From Phycisphaerae bacterium (GTDB lineage Bacteria; Planctomycetota; Phycisphaerae; UBA1845), in NCBI GenBank assembly GCA_963666835.2, contig CAXXGO010000006.1, forward strand, positions 2,560,001-2,624,000: DNA of 64,000 bases, given 5' to 3'. Of the stretch, positions 1 to 10,592 are shown piece after piece; the first letter of the stretch is position 1, and each line of letters starts with the position of its first letter. The notes beneath the pieces were generated by a model. It did not search any database and was not told the DNA's origin. It saw nothing but the letters and a program-made list of their open reading frames with translations. Both the position numbers and the translations under genes were made by a program.

Positions 1-114
1 GCCGAGCACCGTATCGTTGTCGCGGTTCGTAGTGGGCGCCTGCGGGCCAGCCCGTACGCGTACAACACCGAGGGTGAAATCGACCAACTCATCGATGCGC
101 TACCGCGGCATTAG
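1..114 (+). CDS. 3' end of a class V aminotransferase / cysteine desulfurase-like PLP enzyme (partial)
   Basis: Frame 1 reads ...RIVVAVRSGRLRASPYAYNTEGEIDQLIDALPRH* (TAG 112-114). RxSPxxYNTxxEID is the typical class V aminotransferase C-terminus. Confidence 0.7.
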   Translation, partial: AEHRIVVAVRSGRLRASPYAYNTEGEIDQLIDALPRH

Positions 115-295
115 TGTTTTTTTGCACGTAGAGGTTCGGGTCCAGTCCACGTCGGGCTGTGGCCGATCTGACCGATACGGGTGATTGCGGCATGGTGGCG
201 AATGCGCCGGCGGGCGGCAGGTACCGAAGTACTCCGCCGCCCGCCTGAATGCTCATCGCGATGTCGATACTCTATTGCGAAAACAGCCTCGCTCG

Positions 296-1726
296 TCAGA
301 CCTTTCCGGCTTTCGCCCTGTTCAAGGCCTGGTCCAGGTCGGCGATCGTATCGTCGGCGTGTTCACCTCCGACGCACAGTCGCACGAGGTTCGGCGGTAC
401 CTGGGCGAGCTTGCGACCTTCTTCGCCTTGCTGCTGGTGGGTAGAGATCGCCGGAATCGTCGCCACGCTCTTGATTCTTCCGAGGTCCGTCGCCCGCCAG
501 ATGCGCTGGAGCCCGTCGAAGAACTTCCGCGTCATCTCAGGACCACCCTTCACGCAGAAGCCCATCAGGTGCCCGTATCGGTTGACCGGCTTGCCGTATT
601 GATCGTCGTGCTCCGAGTCGACCAGCCACATGTATTTGCTGGCCAGGTCGTGCAGCGGGTGGTTGGGCAGGCCGAGGTACTCGACGCTTTCGACCTGCGG
701 GTGCCCCTGCAGGAACTCGGCCACCTTCATCGTGTTGCGGCTCAGCATGTCCATCTTGGACCGCAGGGTCCGCATGTCATTCAACGTCATTACCGCCTGG
801 AGAGGATGAAGGTTCGGGCCGTAGTCTCGGTTCGGCAGGTACTTGCTGTACAGCGCGAAGTCCTTTTTGAGATCCTCGTTGTCGATGTTGCTGGTCAGGT
901 TGTTGCGGGAGGTTACCGCTCCGCACACCCCGAACCCGCTCGTGGTGAGGCTCTTCGTGGCGGACTGCACCACGATATCCGCTCCGTGGCAGATCGGGCG
1001 CAACAGCGCCGGCGTAGCCACCGTCGCGTCGCAAATCAGCGGGAGATTGTGGCTGTGGGCCAAATCCGCCACTGCGGCGAGGTCGAAGAACCCTTGCTGG
1101 GGATTGCTCGGCAACTCACCGTAGAGAAACCGGGTGTTCTCGTCGATCTTGGACGCCCACTCGTCGAGATTCGATGGATTCTGAATCCACCGACATTCGA
1201 TGTCGCGCTCTTCCATCAAACGAACGCTGAACTGCTGGAACGTTCCGCCGTAGCACTGCGCGGTGGCCAGGAAGTTGCGCGGCTCGTGAACGTGACGCTT
1301 CTTGTGTACGAGGAAGGGCTGGACGGCCGTCATGATCGCGGCCATTCCGGATGACGTGGAGCAACACGAGGTCTCACCGTCAAAGCCGTAACCCTCGAGA
1401 AGGGCTATGGTCCATTCGTAGTAATAGGTCGAGGGGTTTGCGATGCGGGAGTAGCACCACGTGGGGATCAGATACCCGAGCGCAGCCGCCATCTCGTCCG
1501 AGTCTCGATAGGCCTGCGAGGCACTCATGAAGATCGGCTCGATGATCGCCCCCTGGTAATCCTCAAGAGACTCCTCGACGGAATACAGACCATGCACGGA
1601 AATGGTGTCAAACTTCCATTTTTTTACCACTTCGCGAATGTACTTGCTGCGTTTGGCAAGATACTCGTTGTTACGGTCAATGTGCCGTTGCATTCCCGGG
1701 GTGATCTCGATTTCGTCGCCGTGCAT
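296..1726 (-). CDS. Cys/Met metabolism PLP-dependent enzyme (O-acetylhomoserine sulfhydrylase / transsulfuration family)
   Basis: 476 aa; motifs YSRIANP, SSGMAA, YGGT, ELPSNP, DAT, QSATK (PLP lysine), IPAISTH, LVRLCVGGE. Confidence 0.9.
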   Translation of the reverse strand: MHGDEIEITPGMQRHIDRNNEYLAKRSKYIREVVKKWKFDTISVHGLYSVEESLEDYQGAIIEPIFMSASQAYRDSDEMAAALGYLIPTWCYSRIANPSTYYYEWTIALLEGYGFDGETSCCSTSSGMAAIMTAVQPFLVHKKRHVHEPRNFLATAQCYGGTFQQFSVRLMEERDIECRWIQNPSNLDEWASKIDENTRFLYGELPSNPQQGFFDLAAVADLAHSHNLPLICDATVATPALLRPICHGADIVVQSATKSLTTSGFGVCGAVTSRNNLTSNIDNEDLKKDFALYSKYLPNRDYGPNLHPLQAVMTLNDMRTLRSKMDMLSRNTMKVAEFLQGHPQVESVEYLGLPNHPLHDLASKYMWLVDSEHDDQYGKPVNRYGHLMGFCVKGGPEMTRKFFDGLQRIWRATDLGRIKSVATIPAISTHQQQGEEGRKLAQVPPNLVRLCVGGEHADDTIADLDQALNRAKAGKV

Positions 1727-2014
1727 TGCAGAACTCTCCCGATCGTGGATTACTCAATAACCGTCAAGGGGGCATCATAGTGGCTCGCTGACCGCAAACC
1801 AAGTTCCCCAGCCGGGGTAGATTCTCGTGTCCCACGCACGATGCGTACCGTACACAGGGGCAAGCGGCATAGAGCTTCCCCCCGGCAGGGTGTAGCTGGC
1901 AATCCTCGGGCCAGAACGGCAAGCTGCCGGGGATAGCCCCACGGGACGCCGCGGGGATACCCTGAGCCCGTCGAATCTGCCGCGTTGCCGGCTCTTTTCG
2001 GGGTGGGATCGGCC

Positions 2015-3412
2015 CTACAGGGCTTTGATCACCCGGGGGGCGCCTTCCTCGGACAGATCGACGATGTGCCCGGAGGCGGAGCCGTCGTTGGTCAGTTCCT
2101 CGACGACCGGTTGCGTGTGAAGGTCCGGGTTGGCCCGGAGAACCTGGGCGGTCCGGCCGTTGTCCAGCTCGACGCGGCTGCCGATGGGGAACAAGGACAC
2201 CGTATCCAGGAAACTACGCAGAAGCTTGCGATCGAACTTGTGGTCGGCGCCTTCCATGAGCATTGTCTTGACCGCCAGATAGGGCGAGAGCGGCTTACGG
2301 TAAGGGCGCGGGCGTGTACATGCTGCGAACGAGTCCGCCAGGGACACGATTTGGGCGTAGATATGTACCTGGGATCCGGAACGTCCTCGCGGATAGCCCG
2401 TTGCATCGAAGCGCTCGTGGGCCTGATAGCCTATGAAGCGGACGGAAGGTGGAATGTTGCGGCACCCCGCCAGCATGTCCAGCGTGTGCAACGGGTGGCG
2501 GTGGATCTCATGCCACTCCCGGGTGTTGAGCGAACGCGGAGCCAACCGAATAGACTCTGGGACCCGTAGCATGCCGATGTCCTGCAGCAAGCCGCCCAAC
2601 CCGATTTCCGCGACCACTTGGCGATGCAGCCCCAACTGAGAGGCCATTGCCATGCTCAATAGCGCGACGTTGACACAATGGTCGTAAAGGTACTCGTCCT
2701 TTGATTGCTGCAGCGACACGATGAACGGCAGTAGATCAAAGTCAATCGCCACCAGGTTCACGAAGTGATCGACGGTTCGCCGCAGCTCGGCGGTTGAGAT
2801 TTCCCGACCTGGGGTCAGCGCCTGGCAGATGTCGGCCACAGCCGTGCTGGCAACCGTGTGTTTCTCCAGACCGCGGGACGCTTCGTTCTTCAGAGCATCT
2901 ACCGAGAGCCGCGGGCGTCGCCACCGCTTGACCGGGCGGAAATGCACCGGGGTTTGCAACTCTCCGGCCATCCGCTCATCCAGTTGGCGGCTGGTGGGTG
3001 TGTGCAGGTCGTCCTCAGCGGGTTCCGGGAGAGTCTCCTCTGTTGGCTCAGGGACGTGGGCCGGGTGCGCCGGGCGAAGTCGTACCCGCGCGATTCGCCG
3101 ATCGTTCAGCAGTTGAAGGAACCGCGGGGTGATCTGCGATCCCGCGGCAAGAAGGAGTACCCCGGATTCGTCGCAAATGTCATCCGACAGGGTCATTCCC
3201 GCTCGGATCGAACGGAGGATCTCGGTGCGGAATTGGCTGACGGTGATCGACCGGTCGTTGGCGTCGGCGGCAGAGTCCGGTGCTGCTTGCGGGGGGTCGG
3301 TAGGGGGCGGGGCGGACGAGTCCTCTTCACCACTCGCCGGCGCGCCGACGAGTCCGCTCAACTCTCGGTCGAGCATGTCCTCCCATTTCGTCGGTGTCTG
3401 TCCCGTGCCCAT
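2015..3412 (-). CDS. HD-GYP domain protein with degenerate HD motif
   Basis: YDHCVNV, LLQDIGM (canonical LLHDIG), HERFDATGYPRG, RPYRKPLSP and a C-terminal FPIGSRVEL tail. ATG chosen at 3412. Confidence 0.85.
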   Translation of the reverse strand: MGTGQTPTKWEDMLDRELSGLVGAPASGEEDSSAPPPTDPPQAAPDSAADANDRSITVSQFRTEILRSIRAGMTLSDDICDESGVLLLAAGSQITPRFLQLLNDRRIARVRLRPAHPAHVPEPTEETLPEPAEDDLHTPTSRQLDERMAGELQTPVHFRPVKRWRRPRLSVDALKNEASRGLEKHTVASTAVADICQALTPGREISTAELRRTVDHFVNLVAIDFDLLPFIVSLQQSKDEYLYDHCVNVALLSMAMASQLGLHRQVVAEIGLGGLLQDIGMLRVPESIRLAPRSLNTREWHEIHRHPLHTLDMLAGCRNIPPSVRFIGYQAHERFDATGYPRGRSGSQVHIYAQIVSLADSFAACTRPRPYRKPLSPYLAVKTMLMEGADHKFDRKLLRSFLDTVSLFPIGSRVELDNGRTAQVLRANPDLHTQPVVEELTNDGSASGHIVDLSEEGAPRVIKAL

Positions 3413-3717
3413 GAAATCTCCCTGTGCCACACCCGCCGAGGGGCGGCAGCGCGGTCCACGCACCCGCGCGAGGCTGCTCCGGGCTGCTTTCTGTCAGGCT
3501 CCGGAATCTGCGGACCCGCCGGGTATCGGTCGGCGGTGATACTCAGTCTCTTCGTTCATCGGCCGGTGGTATCCGACCTTTAGCCTCAAGCCCGGCTTGC
3601 CGGCGCAGTCCCATAATGTGGGGTGTGGTGGCGGGTGCCGGCATAAGCCTGCCCGGCTATTCGGACGGGAAGAACCCTGCAGCACGGGCGGGCGAAACCC
3701 GATGAGCCCGGACCTTC

Positions 3718-5394
3718 TTATGATCCGCTGCTACGGGCCGCACTGCGTTGCGGAGCTGCGGAGGCGTCTGTCGACGACGCGGCCGCTTCGTCTTCCAGCG
3801 GCTCCCAGAAGCCGAAGTTGTCTTGCTCGATCTTGCAGTATCCGTCGGTCTTGTAGTGGGCGTGCAAGTTGTAGCCCCAGCTTAGGTATTCCGAATCCCC
3901 GCCGCCCTGGGTGGTGATGAGGAACCGGTTGCTTAGTTCACCGAACCCGCGGGCCTGGTCGGCGGGGGACTTGGCGTCCCCGCGGTTGGCGTCCACCGGA
4001 ACCCAGCCGTAGTTGGGCAGGTATACCTGGGCCCAACGATGAAAAGCCTCGTCGATACTAGCGTCATCACCCCGAGCAACGATGCTGCCCTGATAACGCG
4101 CCGGCAGACCGGCCGCTCGACACAGCGCTACGAACGAGTATGTGTACTCGCTGCATGAACCGCTGCCGCGTTTGAGAACGACTTCCGGGATGTCCCATCC
4201 GCCGATCATCTCGTATTCGAGTGAGCCGATGACGTAATCGAAGATCTTGCGCGCTATCCAATACGGATTCCGTTCGTCCCCAACGATACGCTTCGCCAGG
4301 TCTTGCATGTACGGTGTGCTGATGCGGTAGCGTGTGCCGTCGGCCGTATACCGCTCGCGGATCGCGGCCGGGATGTCGTCCAGGGTCCCCGTTCGATCGG
4401 GCAGGATCAGGTATCTTATGGCCGAGATCTCAGCGTCGACCGCGGCGGTCAAGATGGCCTTGCTTCCCGCCGAAACCGGACCAAGGTCGAACGTCGCGCA
4501 CTGCTGCCCCCACCGGTCGTAACCAGTGTTCGTAGGGGAAGTGGAATAGGCGACGTCCGACAGCAACTTCTGGCCGGGCAACTCCATCGGCAAGGCCAGG
4601 TTCACCGAGAGTTCGGTAACGGTGCCGGGACCATAGTTGTTCAGCGCCCAGAGATACTCGACCCGAGCCCGCCGAGGCTCGCTGAGTTGGTACAGCGGCG
4701 GGCTTGCCACGGCGAGCCGATAAGCCGCGCGTTTCTGGAAATCGACATTCCACAGGTGGCCATGTTCGCACGCAATCCCCGTGGCATAAGGGCCCGGAGC
4801 TTTGAGTATACCGATAACCCGCCCCTCGTCCGGTTCGACCATGTAGATCTCGTCTTTTACCCGGTTACTTACCCATAGAAACGTCCCATCGAATGACAGA
4901 TGCCTGGCATTACGGTTGGGGGCGTCGAAGTACCCGAGAATCGTCCCGTCGTCCGGTAGTACGTGGTAGATTCTGTGGTCCGCCAGGATGTACAAAGTCC
5001 CCTCAGCGAAGGCCAACCCCGTGGCACGAGTGGTGGGGGCCTCGAAGGCGGTCTCTACGGTGCCGGTCGCGGGGTCGACCGCATAGACGTATCCGGTGTG
5101 GTCGTCACTCACGAAGATCCGACCCGCGCCCCAGGCCAGTCCCGTCGGCTTGAGCGTCGGAGCCGCGAACTTGCGAACGAGCTTGCCGTCAGTTGGGAGG
5201 ATCTCGAAGATGACCGCCTCGCGCCAATCGGCCACGAACAGGTGCTCTCCGTTCGATGCCAGACCCGCGGGGTACTTACACGGGATGGAGAACGACTTCT
5301 CGATGTCACCCGGAGCTGAAAATGTCACCGGCACGCCGGTCAGCAGGATCAACGACACCGCCAGGTACGGAATATGGCAAGGACTGATCTTCAT
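3718..5394 (-). CDS. Secreted transglutaminase-like cysteine enzyme with N-terminal beta-propeller
   Basis: Signal-like start MKISPCHIPYLAVSLILL; repeated PxGLA(W/F) blades; triad motifs GSCSEY, FHRWAQVY and WVPVDAN. Confidence 0.85.
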   Translation of the reverse strand: MKISPCHIPYLAVSLILLTGVPVTFSAPGDIEKSFSIPCKYPAGLASNGEHLFVADWREAVIFEILPTDGKLVRKFAAPTLKPTGLAWGAGRIFVSDDHTGYVYAVDPATGTVETAFEAPTTRATGLAFAEGTLYILADHRIYHVLPDDGTILGYFDAPNRNARHLSFDGTFLWVSNRVKDEIYMVEPDEGRVIGILKAPGPYATGIACEHGHLWNVDFQKRAAYRLAVASPPLYQLSEPRRARVEYLWALNNYGPGTVTELSVNLALPMELPGQKLLSDVAYSTSPTNTGYDRWGQQCATFDLGPVSAGSKAILTAAVDAEISAIRYLILPDRTGTLDDIPAAIRERYTADGTRYRISTPYMQDLAKRIVGDERNPYWIARKIFDYVIGSLEYEMIGGWDIPEVVLKRGSGSCSEYTYSFVALCRAAGLPARYQGSIVARGDDASIDEAFHRWAQVYLPNYGWVPVDANRGDAKSPADQARGFGELSNRFLITTQGGGDSEYLSWGYNLHAHYKTDGYCKIEQDNFGFWEPLEDEAAASSTDASAAPQRSAARSSGS

Positions 5395-5630
5395 CGTGCG
5401 AGACTCCGGGGGATAGGGGGCTTCGTTCCCGTTGACACTCTCCAGAGGAGAGACGGATCGTAATCGAACAACCTGCGTGCGCAGAGTAGGCGGTGCCGGC
5501 CGGTCAATCAAGGCTACAGGCGGGCACCTTAGCTCCGATCTGCCATCTTTGTGACTCGGCTTATGTTCCGAAATCCGCAGGTTTGTGTTACGCTGACCGG
5601 CGTCTTCAGTTTTGATAGCGAGGATTGCCC

Positions 5631-6188
5631 ATGGGCGAGCAGCCGAAGGATGAGAGTTCAAGACCCGCCGACGCAGCACAGGCCCTATCCGGAGAGATCG
5701 GTGAGGACAGGACCTCAACCGATTCTGCGGTGGAATCTGGGGCCGGAGCGGACATAGTCTCAGAACATCTGATTGAGGTGTATGCGGAAACGGGCGTTCT
5801 GTATCGTTACTTCGCCAGCCGGCGTGCCCGCTTGTTTGCGGGGTATCTATTAGTGGTTGCCGCCGTCGGCACGGGGTTTGGCTGGGCCTGGACGCGCCCG
5901 GAAGCAAAGCCTTTGGCGTGGGTCGTTGCGGCCGCCGGATGTCTGTTTACCTTGGCATTCTGGGCGTTGGAACGACGTGGCCGGCAGGTGTCCTTCACCT
6001 GCGTGGAGGCCGGGATCAACCTGGAACGGGCGTTGCAGCTTCGCCCCGGTCAGGGCGTGTTCTCCAGACTCAAGGAGCTACCTGATTCAGAGCCCGCTCC
6101 AGGGAGGACGTTCGATTGGATGTATCTGGTCGCGGCTCTCGGTTTCCTGGTCGGCACGGTGTACTCCCTGGCCGAGACCATGTTGTGA
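5631..6188 (+). CDS. Hypothetical membrane protein (about 3 TM segments)
   Basis: Divergent from the upstream gene; three hydrophobic stretches; GAGG upstream of ATG 5631. Confidence 0.65.
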   Translation: MGEQPKDESSRPADAAQALSGEIGEDRTSTDSAVESGAGADIVSEHLIEVYAETGVLYRYFASRRARLFAGYLLVVAAVGTGFGWAWTRPEAKPLAWVVAAAGCLFTLAFWALERRGRQVSFTCVEAGINLERALQLRPGQGVFSRLKELPDSEPAPGRTFDWMYLVAALGFLVGTVYSLAETML

Positions 6189-6225
6189 GCACTGGTGCCG
6201 CCCAGGGCTAGCCGGCGCGGACTGG

Positions 6226-7512
6226 TCATGAGTCGTCCAGAGATGCCGAGCGTTCGAACCTCTCCACCACCGCGCAGGCCGTCGAGTCGCTCCAGACATT
6301 GATCGACGTGCGGTACATGTCCAGGATCCGGTCCACCGCCAGGATCAGGCCTACATAGTCGTACGGCAGACCAACGGCGCTCAACACCACGACCAGCATC
6401 ACCGTTCCGGCGTGAGGGATGCCGGCCGCTCCGATGCTCGCCAGTAATGCGGTTATCGCAACGATGACCTGCTGGGCGATGCCCAGATCGTTGCCCGTAA
6501 CCTGGGCGATGAACAGCACTGCGACGGCCTCGTACAACGCTGTTCCGTCCATATTGATCGTGGCCCCGAGCGGGAGAACAAACGAGCTGATCCGGTTGCT
6601 GATCCCGGCGCGCTTTTCAACGCAGGTCATCGTGAGCGGAAGAGTTCCATTGCTGCTGGCAGTACTGAAGGCGGTGAGCAGCGCGGGGGAGAGCGCCTTG
6701 AAGTACTGCCAGGGATGACGACGGCCCAGCAGGCTCAGCAGCAGCGGCAGAGTGACCAGACCGTGAACGCTTAGGGCGAGCGCTACCGTCAGGGCGTACC
6801 AGCCCAGTGCCTGGAAGACATCCAGGCCCTTACCGGCCGCCGCGTACAGCATGAATCCCAGAACGCCGATCGGCGCGGTTCGGATGATCGCCATGGTCAG
6901 TTTCATCATGACGTCAAATGCATCGTTGAAGAATCGTGCGAGGCGTTTGCCGACTTCACCCCCAACCAGGTTGATGGAGACCCCGAACGCGATGGCGAAG
7001 AAGATCACGCCGAGGATCGACCGGTTGCTCGGGTCAGCCAGCGCGGCGAAAGGGTTGGCGGGGATGAGCGTGAAGAGCTGATTCCACAGGGTCGCTGCCA
7101 GGCTCTGCCCGCTCTGGACGGCTTCTACGGCCACGGGCTCGGCGCCGCTTTCGAGCAGCTCCAGGTTTGCGCCTCTGCCGGGGTTGATCAGGTTGAACAC
7201 GAGCATCCCTGTGACGATCGCCAGCATGCTGGTGGATACGTAGTATGCCAGAGTGCGCCCGCCCAGCCGTCCGAGCCCCTTAGCGGTACCGGTACCCGTC
7301 ACGCCGGAGATCAGCGACGTGAGAATCAGCGGGGCGACGATCATGGACAGCAGTCGGAGGAAAATGTCGCCGACCCCCTTGCCGTAGGCCGCGATTTCCC
7401 GCGGCCAGCTAACGTCAATATGCCCCAGGTCTGCGAGGATGTTCAACGGCAGGCCGACGCCCGCCCCGAGGCCCATGGCGATCAGGATCTGATGGTGCAG
7501 CTTAAGTCGCAT
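6226..7512 (-). CDS. Dicarboxylate/amino acid:cation symporter (DAACS family)
   Basis: AFSTASSNGTLP, LPLGATINMDGTALY, SIGAAGIP and DRILDMYRTSINV signature motifs. Confidence 0.95.
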   Translation of the reverse strand: MRLKLHHQILIAMGLGAGVGLPLNILADLGHIDVSWPREIAAYGKGVGDIFLRLLSMIVAPLILTSLISGVTGTGTAKGLGRLGGRTLAYYVSTSMLAIVTGMLVFNLINPGRGANLELLESGAEPVAVEAVQSGQSLAATLWNQLFTLIPANPFAALADPSNRSILGVIFFAIAFGVSINLVGGEVGKRLARFFNDAFDVMMKLTMAIIRTAPIGVLGFMLYAAAGKGLDVFQALGWYALTVALALSVHGLVTLPLLLSLLGRRHPWQYFKALSPALLTAFSTASSNGTLPLTMTCVEKRAGISNRISSFVLPLGATINMDGTALYEAVAVLFIAQVTGNDLGIAQQVIVAITALLASIGAAGIPHAGTVMLVVVLSAVGLPYDYVGLILAVDRILDMYRTSINVWSDSTACAVVERFERSASLDDS

Positions 7513-7721
7513 CGGCCTTATTCCCTGATGACGGCCGCGGTAACGCACGCGAGCCCGGGGCCGTCACAAATGACAAAGGCTTGAATCTCACAGTGTAGTG
7601 GCACCTCACTGGCATGCCAACTGGCGTGCGAAGCAGGCTCTTGGGGGGGGGCGACGGTGCCGCGGTCACAGCGGGTGTTGGTGCCGGCGGTGGGCGCAAC
7701 GCGGCGGGTGGACGCGGCACT

Positions 7722-7750
7722 TTGACAGGGGCATAGGGTGACTATATCAT
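7722..7750 (+). promoter_or_regulatory. Sigma70-type promoter for kdsB-pyrG
   Basis: TTGACA (7722-7727), 17-nt spacer, TATCAT (7745-7750), about 50 nt upstream of the kdsB start. Confidence 0.7.
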
Positions 7751-7800
7751 GGGCTCATGCTAGAGCACGCGAGCCTTATTCCCTCCGAGGAGGACCGGGT

Positions 7801-8604
7801 TTGACGACCCTGGCGGTCATTCCGGCCCGCTTCGCCTCAACTCGTTTTCCCGGAAAACCTCTCGCTAAGGATACCGGTAAGTACCTCATCCAACATGTTT
7901 ATGAGCGGGTGGCGTCATCCCGGCGGGTGGATCGTACTATCGTCGCTACGGATGACGACCGTATCGTCGAGGCGGTGCGATCCTTTCAGGGAGAGGTGCG
8001 GTTGACGCGCTCGGACCATCCCAGCGGAACAGACCGCGTTGCGGAAGTGGTTGCGGCATTGGACGGGGCGGAGGACGATCTCGTTCTCAACGTACAAGGC
8101 GACGAGCCGGAGATTGCCCCGGGCATCCTCGACGACCTGATTGAGCGGATGACGGCGGGAGGGGAGGGATGCCGGATCGGTACTCTTGCGGCCCCCTTTG
8201 ATGACGATGGTCCGTGCAGCGGGCCGGGGTCCCCCCTGGATCCGAATTGCGTGAAGGTGGTGGCCAACGCTGCCGGGGAAGCGCTGTATTTTTCACGCAG
8301 TCCGGTGCCGTACCCGTGTGAGACGGGTGGGCAGGTGGACAAGCCCTCGCGCTGGCTTCTGCATTTGGGGGTCTATGCCTTCCGGGCGGGGACGCTCCGG
8401 GAGTTGACCTCCGCGGAGGGGCTTGCCCCCAGTCCGTTGGAGATGACTGAGGCCTTGGAGCAGCTTCGCTGGCTGGAGCATGGTTTTTCGATTGCGGTTG
8501 TGCGGGCTGCGCATCGGTTCATTGGGATTGATACTCCGCAGGACTACGCGGCTTTTGTTAGCCGAATCGCGCGTGGTACGAAGAGTGTTCGCCCGGATTC
8601 GTAA
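7801..8604 (+). CDS. kdsB: 3-deoxy-manno-octulosonate cytidylyltransferase
   Basis: IPARFASTRFPGKPL, VATDD, SGTDR, NVQGDEP, LYFSRS, EALEQLRWL and GIDTPQD. TTG start after GAGGAGG. Confidence 0.95.
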   Translation: MTTLAVIPARFASTRFPGKPLAKDTGKYLIQHVYERVASSRRVDRTIVATDDDRIVEAVRSFQGEVRLTRSDHPSGTDRVAEVVAALDGAEDDLVLNVQGDEPEIAPGILDDLIERMTAGGEGCRIGTLAAPFDDDGPCSGPGSPLDPNCVKVVANAAGEALYFSRSPVPYPCETGGQVDKPSRWLLHLGVYAFRAGTLRELTSAEGLAPSPLEMTEALEQLRWLEHGFSIAVVRAAHRFIGIDTPQDYAAFVSRIARGTKSVRPDS

Positions 8605-8783
8605 GGGGTGAAGCTTCGTGCGGCAATCTGTCGTGGCGTACTACTGCCGATTCGGCAGAGCGGATGTTGGCTGGGGAGGAAAGAGGTCCGGTTGGACGCC
8701 GCCGTCCGGGCGAGTAGAACAGGCAGGCAGACTAACCAAGATGTGTTCCGGAAGTTGATTGTGCACCGAACTGAACGTAAGCA

Positions 8784-10592
8784 GTGAGCCAGATGAGTAC
8801 AGAGAAGACGCTAGCGTCCTTGACCCACACGTCAGACGATACCGAGTTTTTCACGCCGATGCCCACCGGCTACAAGCCCGGCAAGACCAAGTTCGTGGTT
8901 GTGTTCGGGACGGTGATGAGCGGTCTGGGCAAGGGGATCTTCTCCAGCTCGCTGGCGAAGATCATGCAGGATAAGGGTCTTTCCGTTGCTCCGATCAAGC
9001 TGGAGGGGTATCTCAACCGCGATAGCGGTACGCTGAATCCGTATCGACACGGCGAGGTGTTCGTGCTCGATGACGGGCTCGAGTGCGATATGGATCTGGG
9101 CACGTACGAACGCATGCTCAACCTCACTCTGAGCCGGTTGAACTTCACGACTAGTGGGCAGATCTTCTCGTCGGTCTTGGACAAGGAACGCCAGGGCGGG
9201 TACCTCGGCCGCGATGTGCAGATGATTCCCCATGTGACCGGCGAGGTGAAGCTCCGTTTGCGCGAGCTGGCGGTGGCGTCGGAGGCGGACATTGTGTTCG
9301 TCGAAATCGGCGGGACGGTTGGCGACGTGGAGAATGCCTACTTCATCGAGGCTGTTCGAGAGATGGCGTACGAGGAAGGTCCGGGGAACTTCTGTTTCGT
9401 AGCCCTGACCTATATCGTCGAACCGCAGATTCTCGGGGAGCAGAAGTCCAAGCCCGCTCAATTGAATCTGAAGCTGCTCAACGCGGCCGGCATCAACCCG
9501 AACATCATTGCGTGCCGGGCGTCGTCTCCGGCTACTAAGAAAGTCCGTGAGAAGATTGCGCTCTTCGCCAACGTTCCGATGGACCGGGTCTTCTCCATGC
9601 ATGACTGCGACAGCGTGTATGTTATCCCCGAGATGCTCCGGGGCGCCGGGATCGACACGGCCGTGCTCGATCTGCTCAACCTGGGGGACCGCGTAGATTC
9701 AGGCTCTGAGGAAGAGGGTCGCGAAGTCTGGAACAGTTACATCAGCCGGTTCCGTGCGGCCGGGCATCCGGTGACGATCGGCATCATCGGCAAATACACT
9801 TCGGTGCGCGATAGCTATGCCAGTATTATTCAGGCTTTGGAGCATGCCGGAGCGCACCTGGGTGGAAAGGTGCGGATTGAGTGGGTCGACAGCAGCGATT
9901 TGACGGAGGCCAACGTTGCGGAGCGTTTGAAGGACATTCACGGCGTGATTGTGCCCGGTGGCTTTGGGTTCCGGGGCGTGGACGGGAAGCTCGCCTGCGT
10001 CAAGCACGTTCGCGAGAACAAGATTCCGTACTTGGGCCTGTGCTACGGGATGCAGATTGCGGTGATCGAGTATGCCCGGAACGTCGCCGGTTTGGCGCAT
10101 GCCAGCAGCACCGAGATTGAACCCGATTGCCCGCAGCCGGTGATCGACTTGCTTCCCGAACAGAAGGAGATTGAGGGACTCGGGGGCAACATGCGCCTTG
10201 GAGGGTTCGACGTGGCTTTGACTCCGGACAGCGAGGCCTCCCGGCTGTTCGGCGGCGCCGAGCGAATCCGCCTTCGTTTCCGCCATCGCTTCGAAGTCCA
10301 CCCCGACTACATCGAGCGGTTGGAGCAGGCCGGGTTGTGTTTCTCCGGCCGCAGCCCGGACCATCCGATTATGCAAGTGCTGGAACTGCCGAGGAACCGG
10401 CATCCGTACTTCATAGCCACCCAAGCCCACCCCGAGCTGACGAGCCGCCCGCTGGACCCCCAGCCGATGTTCCTGGGGCTGGTCCGGGCGGCGCTGGAGC
10501 GAACCGGGGTTGTACTGCGTCCCCAGGGCGGTGATGGACAGTCGGAACAGGGTTGTTCCGGGTCTCGGGGCGCCGCCCCAACGTCAGCCTGA
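8784..10592 (+). CDS. pyrG: CTP synthase
   Basis: SGLGKG, NPYRHGEVFV, DMDLGTYER, VQMIPHVT, EIGGTVGD; glutaminase motifs GLCYGMQ and QAHPE. Confidence 0.97.
   Translation: MSQMSTEKTLASLTHTSDDTEFFTPMPTGYKPGKTKFVVVFGTVMSGLGKGIFSSSLAKIMQDKGLSVAPIKLEGYLNRDSGTLNPYRHGEVFVLDDGLECDMDLGTYERMLNLTLSRLNFTTSGQIFSSVLDKERQGGYLGRDVQMIPHVTGEVKLRLRELAVASEADIVFVEIGGTVGDVENAYFIEAVREMAYEEGPGNFCFVALTYIVEPQILGEQKSKPAQLNLKLLNAAGINPNIIACRASSPATKKVREKIALFANVPMDRVFSMHDCDSVYVIPEMLRGAGIDTAVLDLLNLGDRVDSGSEEEGREVWNSYISRFRAAGHPVTIGIIGKYTSVRDSYASIIQALEHAGAHLGGKVRIEWVDSSDLTEANVAERLKDIHGVIVPGGFGFRGVDGKLACVKHVRENKIPYLGLCYGMQIAVIEYARNVAGLAHASSTEIEPDCPQPVIDLLPEQKEIEGLGGNMRLGGFDVALTPDSEASRLFGGAERIRLRFRHRFEVHPDYIERLEQAGLCFSGRSPDHPIMQVLELPRNRHPYFIATQAHPELTSRPLDPQPMFLGLVRAALERTGVVLRPQGGDGQSEQGCSGSRGAAPTSA

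Noticed and set aside
185..1354. Long antisense ORFs (e.g. 185..1354, 10307..11404, 26405..27532, 36847..38079, 59665..60771)
   Set aside because: They are shadows of real genes on the opposite strand in GC-rich DNA and contain no recognisable motifs.
1727..2014. SAM riboswitch upstream of the Cys/Met enzyme
   Set aside because: No SAM-I core consensus could be recognised by eye; an Rfam scan is needed to exclude other classes.
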